Sequence record: NC_005066.1
Length of the DNA stretch: 64,000 nucleotides
Source: Escherichia phage RB49
Direction: 5' to 3' (one strand)
The position numbers and the translations under genes were made by a program. Shown here piece after piece: positions 26,307 to 34,539 of the stretch (position 1 is its first letter; the number at the start of each line of letters is the position of its first letter). The notes below the pieces were generated by a model. That model did not search any database and was not told the origin of the DNA. It worked only from the letters and a program-made list of their open reading frames with translations.

Positions 26307-26630
26307 TTAACCGTAAACTACCACAATATTCTGTTTGTGCGTTACAGTCCATTTCAGGTCGATCTCTTCTTCCTTCTTAACGCCGTTAATAACGTCTGGA
26401 TGAGGAACTTTATTCATCTTGCCATGTGGCAGTAAAACAGTTTTACCCAGCAATTCTTTATCTACCGTCTCGCCAATATCAATAATCTTACCTACCAGCG
26501 GAATCTCACCCATAGTGCGCTTTTGCTCAATAATGATCCCCATAGAGCTTTTTACTTCGGTCCCTGCGCTTTCTGCTTTAGCTTCGATAATTACATAATC
26601 ACCAAGTGCTTTAGGAGTTTTAACGGTCAT
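26307..26630 (-). CDS. 31: gp31 co-chaperonin (GroES-like)
   Basis: Similarity to T4 gp31 incl. VPHP motif, 107 aa. Confidence 0.85.
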   Translation of the reverse strand: MTVKTPKALGDYVIIEAKAESAGTEVKSSMGIIIEQKRTMGEIPLVGKIIDIGETVDKELLGKTVLLPHGKMNKVPHPDVINGVKKEEEIDLKWTVTHKQNIVVVYG

Positions 26631-26671
26631 AATTTTATTACCTCTTCAAATCAATACAGTTTAATGATGAA

Positions 26672-26992
26672 TTATTTATAAATTTCGACGATCTGCGCTG
26701 GAGTCAGCCCATCTACATTAATCAGACTATCAAGCCCAAAACTACGGAAACCTTCAACTGCAATTTCATATACTGGCAAAGATGTTTCTGATTCTTTACG
26801 CGGTTTTTCAACATTCGGAACTAACCACTTTTCGTATGTTTCAAACGGCATCAGTGCCGGATCTCGCGTGGCGATCATCTCGCGGACAGTACCATCTTTC
26901 TTAGTAAACTGCAAAGAGTGAGTACCGACCGAGAACATTTTCTTTAGTGCTTCACGAAGTGCGATATTATCAATTTGTTCAGTCATTATCAA
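26672..26992 (-). CDS. hypothetical protein (106 aa) between cd and 31
   Basis: Track ORF; position of T4 31.1/31.2. Confidence 0.5.
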   Translation of the reverse strand: MIMTEQIDNIALREALKKMFSVGTHSLQFTKKDGTVREMIATRDPALMPFETYEKWLVPNVEKPRKESETSLPVYEIAVEGFRSFGLDSLINVDGLTPAQIVEIYK

Positions 26993-27485
26993 TACCCTTC
27001 AAATCAGTCAATAATGCTTTTGGAATACGCGTAACCGTAATGTCGGCTTTATCCAAAATATCAGCCCAATCACGCCCACCGTTTCGGTCGTATGTATCGC
27101 AATAGTATAGATGTTTAATACCACTGTTTGCAATTGCTTTAGCGCAATCTGGACACGGTGAAGCAGTACACCACATACTAGCGCCTTCAATCGATACACC
27201 ATTACGGGCAGCAAACAAAATAGCATTTAATTCAGCGTGGATCTCGTTTTTCTGTGACCATGCACTATGTTCTGGTCGTTTTTCTGGGATCATTTTACCG
27301 TCATCATCCAGCCAACCGCTTTTATGTGCATGACAGCTACAATTTACTTGCCCTGCTGGAGTGCCGTTAAATCCAGTAGAAATGATTCGCCCGTCTTTTT
27401 CGATCAGTGCGCCTACCTTCCACGAAACACATTTAGAGTTCTTTGCGATCAGATAGGCGATCTGCATGTAAGTTTGTGACAACAT
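26979..27485 (-). CDS. cd: dCMP deaminase
   Basis: HAELNAI and PCPDCAKAI zinc-binding motifs of cytidine/dCMP deaminases. Confidence 0.9.
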   Translation of the reverse strand: MLSQTYMQIAYLIAKNSKCVSWKVGALIEKDGRIISTGFNGTPAGQVNCSCHAHKSGWLDDDGKMIPEKRPEHSAWSQKNEIHAELNAILFAARNGVSIEGASMWCTASPCPDCAKAIANSGIKHLYYCDTYDRNGGRDWADILDKADITVTRIPKALLTDLKGIDND

Positions 27486-27506
27486 AATATAATCCTCACA
27501 TAGTAA

Positions 27507-27710
27507 TTAACCGTATACGCGAAAGTATTCTACTGATCCGTCGCTATACTGTTTTACATTGAATGTATTCACACCATGATTATTTCTCATGATGACATAT
27601 ACACTGCGACGTTCATCGCTAAACGGCATAACTGGCGCTGGTTCAATATCAACACTAAAACCACGTTTAGCAAGTGCTTCGCCTAATTGCTTGAGTTTAT
27701 CGGTAAACAT
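27507..27710 (-). CDS. small protein (67 aa)
   Basis: Track ORF between pseT and cd. Confidence 0.5.
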   Translation of the reverse strand: MFTDKLKQLGEALAKRGFSVDIEPAPVMPFSDERRSVYVIMRNNHGVNTFNVKQYSDGSVEYFRVYG

Positions 27711-28588
27711 TAAAATTCTCCGTAGTTAACCTGAAAACATTCTACACCAATTGAGCGGTACATGTCAACCACTTGATCACGGTCATCTACCGCCAAAACA
27801 ACATGATAACGCGGTGCAATTTCAGAGAAGAAGATCTCTTTCTTCACTTCATGATCAGGACGACGATCATTAGTTTCACGTTGAAAGTGATCACTAGGTT
27901 CAATACCCTGTTCACGCAACCATTGCAGAGTATCTTCTTCGCAAACATCCTCACGCCCTGAGCATGTGATGATACGATAGCCATTATCACGATACAGTTT
28001 AAGCATTTCGACCACTTGCGGACGAGGTTTATCTTCTTTGACCTTTGTCCAGTCAAACGGATGACGACCGCCCTTATCCGCTAATGTTCCATCAATATCA
28101 AAGATCACTGCCTTTGGCAGCATAGTATTCGGTTTGTATACTTCTTGACCCATATATTCCTGCATCAGATAAAATTGGTTACGCAAATGAGAAAGTGGAA
28201 TTGCTTTCTCGCCGCGATAGAAATTACGTTTCTTTAGTGTCTCAAACGGTTCATTGAACACTTGTTCAGTATACACCGCGTTAAATTCTTTTGCAAGTTC
28301 TTTGTAGAATACACGATGTTTTTCTTTCAGATTAGTATCAGAGATAATGATACTTAATCCGCGTGATAGAGTCTCACGAGCAATCATTCTCTGAATAGAC
28401 TCTACCAGCTTTTCTTTTTCCTTAGTATACTTGTATTTCAAATGTGAGTCAACACCAAACAACATAAGACGAAGATCATCGCGATTCACATTACGATAAT
28501 TACTAAACCGTTTACATGTTTCCATCGCCCATGTAGTTTTACCGGACCCAGAACAACCAACGGTTAAAATCACTTCACATTTCGGCAT
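27710..28588 (-). CDS. pseT: polynucleotide 5'-kinase/3'-phosphatase
   Basis: Collinear with T4 Pnk: P-loop GCSGSGKTTWA, HAD motif VIFDIDGTLA, C-terminal RIGVECFQV. Confidence 0.93.
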   Translation of the reverse strand: MPKCEVILTVGCSGSGKTTWAMETCKRFSNYRNVNRDDLRLMLFGVDSHLKYKYTKEKEKLVESIQRMIARETLSRGLSIIISDTNLKEKHRVFYKELAKEFNAVYTEQVFNEPFETLKKRNFYRGEKAIPLSHLRNQFYLMQEYMGQEVYKPNTMLPKAVIFDIDGTLADKGGRHPFDWTKVKEDKPRPQVVEMLKLYRDNGYRIITCSGREDVCEEDTLQWLREQGIEPSDHFQRETNDRRPDHEVKKEIFFSEIAPRYHVVLAVDDRDQVVDMYRSIGVECFQVNYGEF

Positions 28589-29040
28589 TATTTCTCCTTC
28601 GGTTTGCACCGTTCCTCATTAAGTTCTTTTCGATAATAACACATGATCAACTTACTTTCAAGTGTATATCTCTTAATATCCGCAAGCCAGACTCTGAATT
28701 TTTGGGAGTCCTCCCACGACATAGAAACTCTAGGTTTACCGTCTATTGTATCCACTTTCAGGTTAATGTCAACTTTTTCTATTGGTGCTGGTAGTGGAGG
28801 ATGTAATTTCGGTTCCTGTGAATAATGGTCCATTGTACACGAAGAAAGAGCAAATACAATAGGCACAGCGAAGACATGGATTATGGCGGTCTGAAAATTC
28901 TTATGTGCTTTCTTAAACATCCAGTGTATCACGAAAATTGAAAACACCATCAGGATAATAATGCTTGCACCTATCCCCAGATAATCAACCAGATTAAAAT
29001 TGCTTATCTGCTCTTGTGTAGGCAATATTTCTATGCTCAT
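28588..29040 (-). CDS. membrane protein (150 aa)
   Basis: TM segment LGIGASIIILMVFSIFVIHWMF and second hydrophobic segment. Confidence 0.5.
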   Translation of the reverse strand: MSIEILPTQEQISNFNLVDYLGIGASIIILMVFSIFVIHWMFKKAHKNFQTAIIHVFAVPIVFALSSCTMDHYSQEPKLHPPLPAPIEKVDINLKVDTIDGKPRVSMSWEDSQKFRVWLADIKRYTLESKLIMCYYRKELNEERCKPKEK

Positions 29041-29360
29041 TTAGTAGCCTCCTTTAATTCTTCGGTAAACTCCTTAAATGAATCATTAAGCTGTTTCTCT
29101 ACCAACTTGGGTTTTTGTGCTACTACATAGCCTCGTGTAGCGTCTTTCATTGCTTTGTTTTGTTCTTCTGCAAACTTAGTTCTTATTCCGTACATCTCCT
29201 TTTGTAGCGAGTCTACAATCTTCATCTTATCATCTGTCTTTTTCTTATACTCTGTAAATTCCTGATTCAGTCGATCTACCTCCTTTTTATTTTCCCACCA
29301 CATATTGCCACCCACCCCCAGCAATACAGATATGATAACAATGTATATCAGCTTTGACAT
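29037..29360 (-). CDS. single-pass membrane/coiled-coil protein (~107 aa)
   Basis: MSKLIYIVIISVLLGVGG TM then charged coiled coil; start moved to internal ATG. Confidence 0.5.
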   Translation of the reverse strand: MSKLIYIVIISVLLGVGGNMWWENKKEVDRLNQEFTEYKKKTDDKMKIVDSLQKEMYGIRTKFAEEQNKAMKDATRGYVVAQKPKLVEKQLNDSFKEFTEELKEATK

Positions 29361-29375
29361 ATTACCCCCAACGAC

Positions 29376-29402
29376 AAAAGGCGGGGAACTAGCCCCGCTT
29401 AT
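29376..29402 (-). terminator. intrinsic terminator after rnlA
   Basis: GCGGGGCTAGTTCCCCGC hairpin followed by TTTTG on minus strand. Confidence 0.6.
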
Positions 29403-29404
29403 TA

Positions 29405-30574
29405 TTACCAATCAATCTTATCAGCCGGAATAAGTTTCTTATAATTCCGTAGATAGTAAGTTTTCATTGAATCCATAATACGGTCATAATCAAGACCATC
29501 AAATGCAATCATCAGACACATGAAAATATATGCGTGTGCATCACCGTGTTTACGTGATTCGATAGTCGCATTTGATGCATATGTCTTTCTGTCTTCTCCC
29601 GCGTGTGCGTTATAAAATTCTGTTGCTGTCGTGAAGGCATTGCGAAGAATAGACCTGAATGCTTCCTCGAATAGCTCGATTCGTTCCAGTGCTTCCGGTT
29701 CGCCTTCATATGCAGCACGCAAATCATCGGTTTCGCTTTCTACGACATAGTAGATCAGGTTATTAGGAAACATCGATGTGTTTTTAATGTTATGCACACC
29801 AATATACCATTCACTCTTCACCTTGAACATTTGACCGTCTTTAGTGCGTGCAACAATTCCTTCGATACCTTCTGCGATCCGAACTTCATCAAGAATATTG
29901 CTAAAACGCGCTGAATCAACCTGTAACGCATTTACCAGATGAGGACGTAGGATTGCGTCAGCAAATAGCATTTGATGCGGTACGTACTCTCCTGTGACGT
30001 TATGGCGTACATTCAGAAGTGTTAGCGACGGTTCAGAATATTCTACAACAATTCGGTTGCTGGGTGCTGTATATTCAAAGTTGAAAGTATAATCAGACCC
30101 AATATCAGCAATCTTAGCGCGTAGATCCGCATACTTCTCTGAATACAGAAGACCGTTTGCTCTCTCTGCCTGGCTTGAGTACAAGGCCGCTTTAGACTTC
30201 AACTGAACATAGCCATTATCAATGTATGTGCTTACTAGACTACCGTCCATTTTGTCCATGACCATTTCCACATCTTCCGGCTTAAAGCGAGCGCGATCAT
30301 TCTCACCCAAATTAAAAAACTTCTCCATAGGACGAGATGCAATGCGGACCGGACGACCTTTATCGTCAATTTCAAACATGATCCCGCGACACTCTAACGC
30401 ATCTGGTTTATTCCACATTTCCGGTTTGCTCAAGTACAGATAGCTAAAAATGCGCATACGGGTTTGCATCGCCGTAATTTCATCTTTGTAATAGAACGTA
30501 TCAGATCCGTCACATAGTGCCATCAGATTTTTGAACAATGCTAAAACTTTTTTGTTGTTTTCTTTTGTTGACAT
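29405..30574 (-). CDS. rnlA: RNA ligase 1
   Basis: Collinear with T4 RnlA (DALECRGIMFE, RIASRPMEKFFNLGEN, KMDGSL adenylation lysine, RKTYA). Confidence 0.93.
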   Translation of the reverse strand: MSTKENNKKVLALFKNLMALCDGSDTFYYKDEITAMQTRMRIFSYLYLSKPEMWNKPDALECRGIMFEIDDKGRPVRIASRPMEKFFNLGENDRARFKPEDVEMVMDKMDGSLVSTYIDNGYVQLKSKAALYSSQAERANGLLYSEKYADLRAKIADIGSDYTFNFEYTAPSNRIVVEYSEPSLTLLNVRHNVTGEYVPHQMLFADAILRPHLVNALQVDSARFSNILDEVRIAEGIEGIVARTKDGQMFKVKSEWYIGVHNIKNTSMFPNNLIYYVVESETDDLRAAYEGEPEALERIELFEEAFRSILRNAFTTATEFYNAHAGEDRKTYASNATIESRKHGDAHAYIFMCLMIAFDGLDYDRIMDSMKTYYLRNYKKLIPADKIDW

Positions 30575-30971
30575 AATTTGTGTTCCATTCTGGTTTAAAT
30601 TTGGTGATCAAAACAGGTTCTTCGATATCGGCAGTGCTTATAATATCCTTACCCGTTGGATTCTCGATGTACAACTCAAAGCACTGTCGGTAATAGAATG
30701 TTACTGTCTTACCTTCCTCTAGCGCCTTATGAATATTCTTACTCTTGCGAGTATCCGCTGTTGGTGTTTGTCTGTTAATGCTAGTCCGGTAATAATTGAT
30801 CCGCTTTCTGAGATTGACAGTCTGACCAATATATACCAGTTCATCATCAACAACAATAGCGTAAAGAACATTTAAACGGTTCTTCTGAGGCGGTAGAATC
30901 ACATCACCATCTTTACACTCTAAACATGAATATTTAACGAATCCATAGTTTTCTATTAGCTCATTAATCAT
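30510..30971 (-). CDS. denA: endonuclease II (GIY-YIG family)
   Basis: Collinear with T4 DenA: NVLYAIVVDDELVYIGQTVNLRKRINYYRT; C-terminal extension overlaps rnlA start. Confidence 0.88.
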   Translation of the reverse strand: MINELIENYGFVKYSCLECKDGDVILPPQKNRLNVLYAIVVDDELVYIGQTVNLRKRINYYRTSINRQTPTADTRKSKNIHKALEEGKTVTFYYRQCFELYIENPTGKDIISTADIEEPVLITKFKPEWNTNYVNKRKQQKSFSIVQKSDGTM

Positions 30972-31021
30972 TATCCTTTCCTCACGTCACAACAAAGGCG
31001 GGATTTCTCCCGCCCACCTTA

Positions 31022-31420
31022 TTAACTTTCCAGAATATCGCGAGCTTCGTTACGCTCCTTGATGATTTTCAGGACAAATTCCAGTTTTTCTTTGTTCAGC
31101 GTTCCATTTTCCATTGCTTCTTTGACGGTAAACACTCCGCCACCTTGCCCGTATACAGTGACAGTGATTTCACCTAACATCGTGGTATGAAAACCGCCAA
31201 TTTTCGGTGATTCGAAAGAAACAATTACCTCGCGGACAGTATTACCGTCGTTGATTTCTGAGAGGGTAATGTCGTTTTTGTAGGCGGTTGCTTTAACCAT
31301 ACGGATCAGCATAGTCTGATCTGGGGAGATGGTCATTTTGTCCATTGCATGTTGCAATGCAGCGTAACCGAAAACTTTAACGAAGTCCAGAACGTCTTTG
31401 CGAGTTTGAAATTTAATCAT
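31022..31420 (-). CDS. hypothetical protein (132 aa)
   Basis: Track ORF preceded by PeSL. Confidence 0.55.
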   Translation of the reverse strand: MIKFQTRKDVLDFVKVFGYAALQHAMDKMTISPDQTMLIRMVKATAYKNDITLSEINDGNTVREVIVSFESPKIGGFHTTMLGEITVTVYGQGGGVFTVKEAMENGTLNKEKLEFVLKIIKERNEARDILES

Positions 31421-31490
31421 CTTGATACTCCTTAGTTGTTTTGGTATGGGAGTATCTTACTACTCCCGTGATATGCTGTCAACTGCTTTT
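31421..31490 (-). promoter_or_regulatory. PeSL-like early promoter cassette
   Basis: cttgatactcc...GGGAGTAtcttacTACTCCC...gctgtcaactgctttttt. Confidence 0.6.
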
Positions 31491-31640
31491 TTATGCAACC
31501 GCAAACATCAACATTTGAACATTCTTGGCTGTCTGGCTTTCAAAGTTCTGACATTCTTTGATAATGTCCTCTACTTTCTCGCCGGAGATCTCCGCGTAAG
31601 TTTCGATTGCCATTTTCAGTACCGCGTCAAAGTTGTTCAT
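31491..31640 (-). CDS. small protein (49 aa)
   Basis: Hand-found ORF MNNFDAVLKMAIETYAEISGEKVEDIIKECQNF... flanked by PeSLs. Confidence 0.45.
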   Translation of the reverse strand: MNNFDAVLKMAIETYAEISGEKVEDIIKECQNFESQTAKNVQMLMFAVA

Positions 31641-31707
31641 TTGATTCTCCTTAAAGTGTATTTCGTTTCGATGGGGGTATATTACTACCCCCGTTTCATG
31701 CTGTCAA
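31641..31707 (-). promoter_or_regulatory. PeSL-like early promoter cassette
   Basis: ttgattctcc...GGGGGTAtattacTACCCCC...gctgtcaactacttttt. Confidence 0.6.
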
Positions 31708-31926
31708 CTACTTTTTAATGACAAGTTCGAATTTTGCTACCTTGCGTCCTCGTTTATTGAAAGCAACCCACGGACGGTTTTCAATGTAGAACAATTCTTC
31801 ACCAATAATGAATACTGGCTGATTGTAAAGGCGACCCATCAGGTCACGCTGGCGAATGGTAGTAGATTCGTATACTTCGCCTACTACAAAGTGTTTGCTG
31901 ATAGAGTCGGTGCAAGTAAATTTCAT
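31708..31926 (-). CDS. small protein (72 aa)
   Basis: Track ORF flanked by PeSLs. Confidence 0.5.
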   Translation of the reverse strand: MKFTCTDSISKHFVVGEVYESTTIRQRDLMGRLYNQPVFIIGEELFYIENRPWVAFNKRGRKVAKFELVIKK

Positions 31927-31995
31927 TTTGATTCTCCTTTGTTTCGTTTCGATGGGAGTATCTTACTACCCCCGTTATTCAGTGTCAACTACTTT
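31927..31995 (-). promoter_or_regulatory. PeSL-like early promoter cassette
   Basis: ttgattctcc...cgatgggagtatcttactaccccc...gtgtcaactacttttt. Confidence 0.6.
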
Positions 31996-32214
31996 TTACT
32001 TGTTGTATTCATTCCACCATTGGGTGAGCTTATCAATTATTTTTGTGTTTCTATCCAACTTCTCCCACCGTTTTCTAGGGTTTATCAACCGGAATAGGTA
32101 AGGTGTACTTGTTAAGTGGACTCGGTCAATGTAGTGATTGATGTACTGCTTTTCAATTCTAAGTTTCATCTTTTTACGATGAAAATATGCAATGACTTGT
32201 TCTTCTGTTTCCAT
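31996..32214 (-). CDS. small protein (72 aa)
   Basis: Track ORF flanked by PeSLs. Confidence 0.5.
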   Translation of the reverse strand: METEEQVIAYFHRKKMKLRIEKQYINHYIDRVHLTSTPYLFRLINPRKRWEKLDRNTKIIDKLTQWWNEYNK

Positions 32215-32272
32215 ATGTTCCTCCGTTTCGATGTGCGTATTATGCTATGGCAAGATCAGATTGTCAACACCC
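32215..32272 (-). promoter_or_regulatory. PeSL-like early promoter cassette
   Basis: ttcctccgtttcgatgtgcgtattatgctat...gattgtcaacac. Confidence 0.55.
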
Positions 32273-32282
32273 AATAACAAAA

Positions 32283-32312
32283 AAGTCGCCACTATGGGCG
32301 ACTTTGAACAAA
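32283..32312 (-). terminator. intrinsic terminator after HAD phosphatase gene
   Basis: GTCGCC-actatg-GGCGAC hairpin with T6 on minus strand. Confidence 0.7.
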
Positions 32313-32314
32313 CA

Positions 32315-32791
32315 TTAATCATGACCGTGATTTGCAATATCCGCTCGCGTCTTATCTTTGTGATTTCCTACGTCAAAGACACGATAACCATTTTCACGCA
32401 AAACTTTAATCACTTCTGGGTTATCCTCAAAGACTCCGACAACTTCATCTTTATCAAAGGATTTAATTACCTCTAATTTGATGTGATAGTCTTTACGGGA
32501 ATCGGTACGGCCTCTCATAAAGATTTTATCAAAACACACCCCGTTAGAAATTAACCAATCAATTGTTTCCATGTAAGCATGTGAACTTCGTCCGGTGAGG
32601 ATGTAAATCAAATGCCCGTTGTCGGAAAGAGCATTAATAACACGAATTACATCGTAAATGGGGGAATCTCCCCCACATGCCTTGTTATATTCGATCCATG
32701 ACTCAACTTTATCAAGATTTTCGGTTGGCATCTTTGCTAGTCGATGTGTTGGATCTGTGATCGTAAAATCTAAATCGACAAAATATATCAT
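32315..32791 (-). CDS. HAD-superfamily phosphatase (possible nucleotidase)
   Basis: N-terminal VDLDFTIT (DxDxT) motif; sits in nucleotide-metabolism cluster. Confidence 0.6.
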   Translation of the reverse strand: MIYFVDLDFTITDPTHRLAKMPTENLDKVESWIEYNKACGGDSPIYDVIRVINALSDNGHLIYILTGRSSHAYMETIDWLISNGVCFDKIFMRGRTDSRKDYHIKLEVIKSFDKDEVVGVFEDNPEVIKVLRENGYRVFDVGNHKDKTRADIANHGHD

Positions 32792-33948
32792 AGATATTTC
32801 CCGAATCGGTTGTAGTCTTCGTCTGTTAAATCGGTATTAACCTGAGATACCAGATACATAATCTCTACTTCCTGCGCTGCATTCTGTACTTCGTCAGAGT
32901 TCAACCATTTACGCATCCACGGTAACGGATGACGACGAACACTAAACGGGCTTTTCAGTCCGGCAGCGCGCATACGGGAATCTGCCAGGTATTCTACATA
33001 GGTTTTCAGAATTTCCGGTGACAGGTTAGGAATTGCCCCCATTGCGAATAAGTGGTCTACCCATTCTTTTTCTTGCTCGACAACATCCAGAAAGATTTTC
33101 GTTGCTTCGCCTTCAAGTTCTTCCGCAATCTGTTTCCACTCATCACCATCAACCCCCGTTTGCCATTGACGAATAATGTATTGTGTGCCTTTTAAGTGAA
33201 GTTGTTCATCACGCGCAATAAATTTCATGATCTTCGCGTTACCTTCCAGTAAACCACGTTCGGCAAAGCTGAAAGTACATGCAAAGGACACATAAAAACG
33301 GATTGCTTCCAGTGCATTTACGCAGTGTGCACACAGATAAATCGAAGCCATCAGATCTCGTTTTGTGTCTTCAAAAAATCTTCGCGCATCATCTAATGCT
33401 GTCTGGTCGTCTCGTTCTTCCCAATAGCGGAGATCTTCTTTTGCATTCTCATACTTACGAATCCAATAAAGAACATCATCATAATATTTCCCGATAGATT
33501 CCGCTCGCTTCATGATAGCAGGGTTATCGATGATCTGGTCGAACTCACTAGCCGGATCAATGAAACAGTTACGCATAATGTGTGTATAGCTTCGGCTATG
33601 AATCGTTTCGCTGAATGTCCATGTTTGCAACCATGTATCGAGAGTTGGATCAGATACAATTGGACCAAATGCTGCGGACGGTGCGCGACCTTGAATAGAA
33701 TCAAGTAATGTCTGATACTTCAAGTTTTCAGTAAAGAAACGCTTTTCAACGTCACCCATATTAAGATATTGAATACGGTCGGTTGCAAGTGAAATTTCTT
33801 CTGGACGCCAGAAAAATGACAATTGCTTTTCGATCAGTTCTTCAAATACTTGATGACGCTGAATATCATAGCGAGCGATACCCAACCCACTACCCAGAAA
33901 CATTGGTTCGTTCATAATATCAACATGTTCGCGGTTAAATACGCTCAT
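32788..33948 (-). CDS. nrdB: ribonucleotide reductase class Ia small subunit
   Basis: 386 aa; di-iron/tyrosyl radical family features (ExxH motifs), adjacent to nrdA. Confidence 0.85.
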   Translation of the reverse strand: MSVFNREHVDIMNEPMFLGSGLGIARYDIQRHQVFEELIEKQLSFFWRPEEISLATDRIQYLNMGDVEKRFFTENLKYQTLLDSIQGRAPSAAFGPIVSDPTLDTWLQTWTFSETIHSRSYTHIMRNCFIDPASEFDQIIDNPAIMKRAESIGKYYDDVLYWIRKYENAKEDLRYWEERDDQTALDDARRFFEDTKRDLMASIYLCAHCVNALEAIRFYVSFACTFSFAERGLLEGNAKIMKFIARDEQLHLKGTQYIIRQWQTGVDGDEWKQIAEELEGEATKIFLDVVEQEKEWVDHLFAMGAIPNLSPEILKTYVEYLADSRMRAAGLKSPFSVRRHPLPWMRKWLNSDEVQNAAQEVEIMYLVSQVNTDLTDEDYNRFGKYL

Positions 33949-33963
33949 TAATTCACCTCACTA

Positions 33964-34131
33964 TCACTTTTTAACACAAAAGAACTTAGTATTTCTGTTT
34001 ATTTCGCTATCCTGCTGCAATTCCTGCACAGCTTCAAAACAATTTTGATATGATGAAAACTCTACGCTGGTAACAGTTCCTTTATTATATACGCCGACGC
34101 TAACGGAAAGCAATAACCATAATGTAGCCAT
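33964..34131 (-). CDS. small hydrophobic-N-terminus protein (55 aa), paralog 1
   Basis: MATLWLLLSVSVGVYNKGTVTSVEF...; TAATG junction with upstream ORF; SD before nrdB follows. Confidence 0.45.
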   Translation of the reverse strand: MATLWLLLSVSVGVYNKGTVTSVEFSSYQNCFEAVQELQQDSEINRNTKFFCVKK

Positions 34132-34304
34132 TAGTTCACCTTTTGTTTTTCAACGCAATATAGATTCATAAAGCGTTTATTGTCTTCGCGGATAATCTCG
34201 CGAGCTTTAACGCAATCCTGCTTTGTTGCAAACTCAATGCTTGACATATTTCCGTAATTATACATTGAATTGCTTATTGCAATCAATAACCATACAGTAG
34301 CCAT
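34131..34304 (-). CDS. small hydrophobic-N-terminus protein (57 aa), paralog 2
   Basis: MATVWLLIAISNSMYNYGNMSSIEF...; TAATG junctions. Confidence 0.45.
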   Translation of the reverse strand: MATVWLLIAISNSMYNYGNMSSIEFATKQDCVKAREIIREDNKRFMNLYCVEKQKVN

Positions 34305-34471
34305 TATCCGACAACCTCAAAACATTTATCATCAGGAAGAATCGCCCATTCTACACCGTATTCATCCTCGACGTAGTAGCAAGTCCCATCATGTCGAGCA
34401 TCATATTCATCACCAACAACAAAGCTATCAGCTAGTTCAAAATCTACAGCAACACATTTTAATTTGGTCAT
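34304..34471 (-). CDS. small acidic protein (55 aa)
   Basis: MTKLKCVAVDFELADSF...; track ORF is extended into the PeSL. Confidence 0.5.
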   Translation of the reverse strand: MTKLKCVAVDFELADSFVVGDEYDARHDGTCYYVEDEYGVEWAILPDDKCFEVVG

Positions 34472-34539
34472 AATAAAATCCTCACTTGTTTTTGATGGTT
34501 GTATTATAGCGGGGATTTCTCCCCGCGTCAACACTTATT
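34472..34539 (-). promoter_or_regulatory. PeSL-like early promoter cassette (abuts nrdA stop)
   Basis: aatcctcac...ttgtattat aGCGGGGAtttcTCCCCGC gtcaacactt. Confidence 0.6.
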
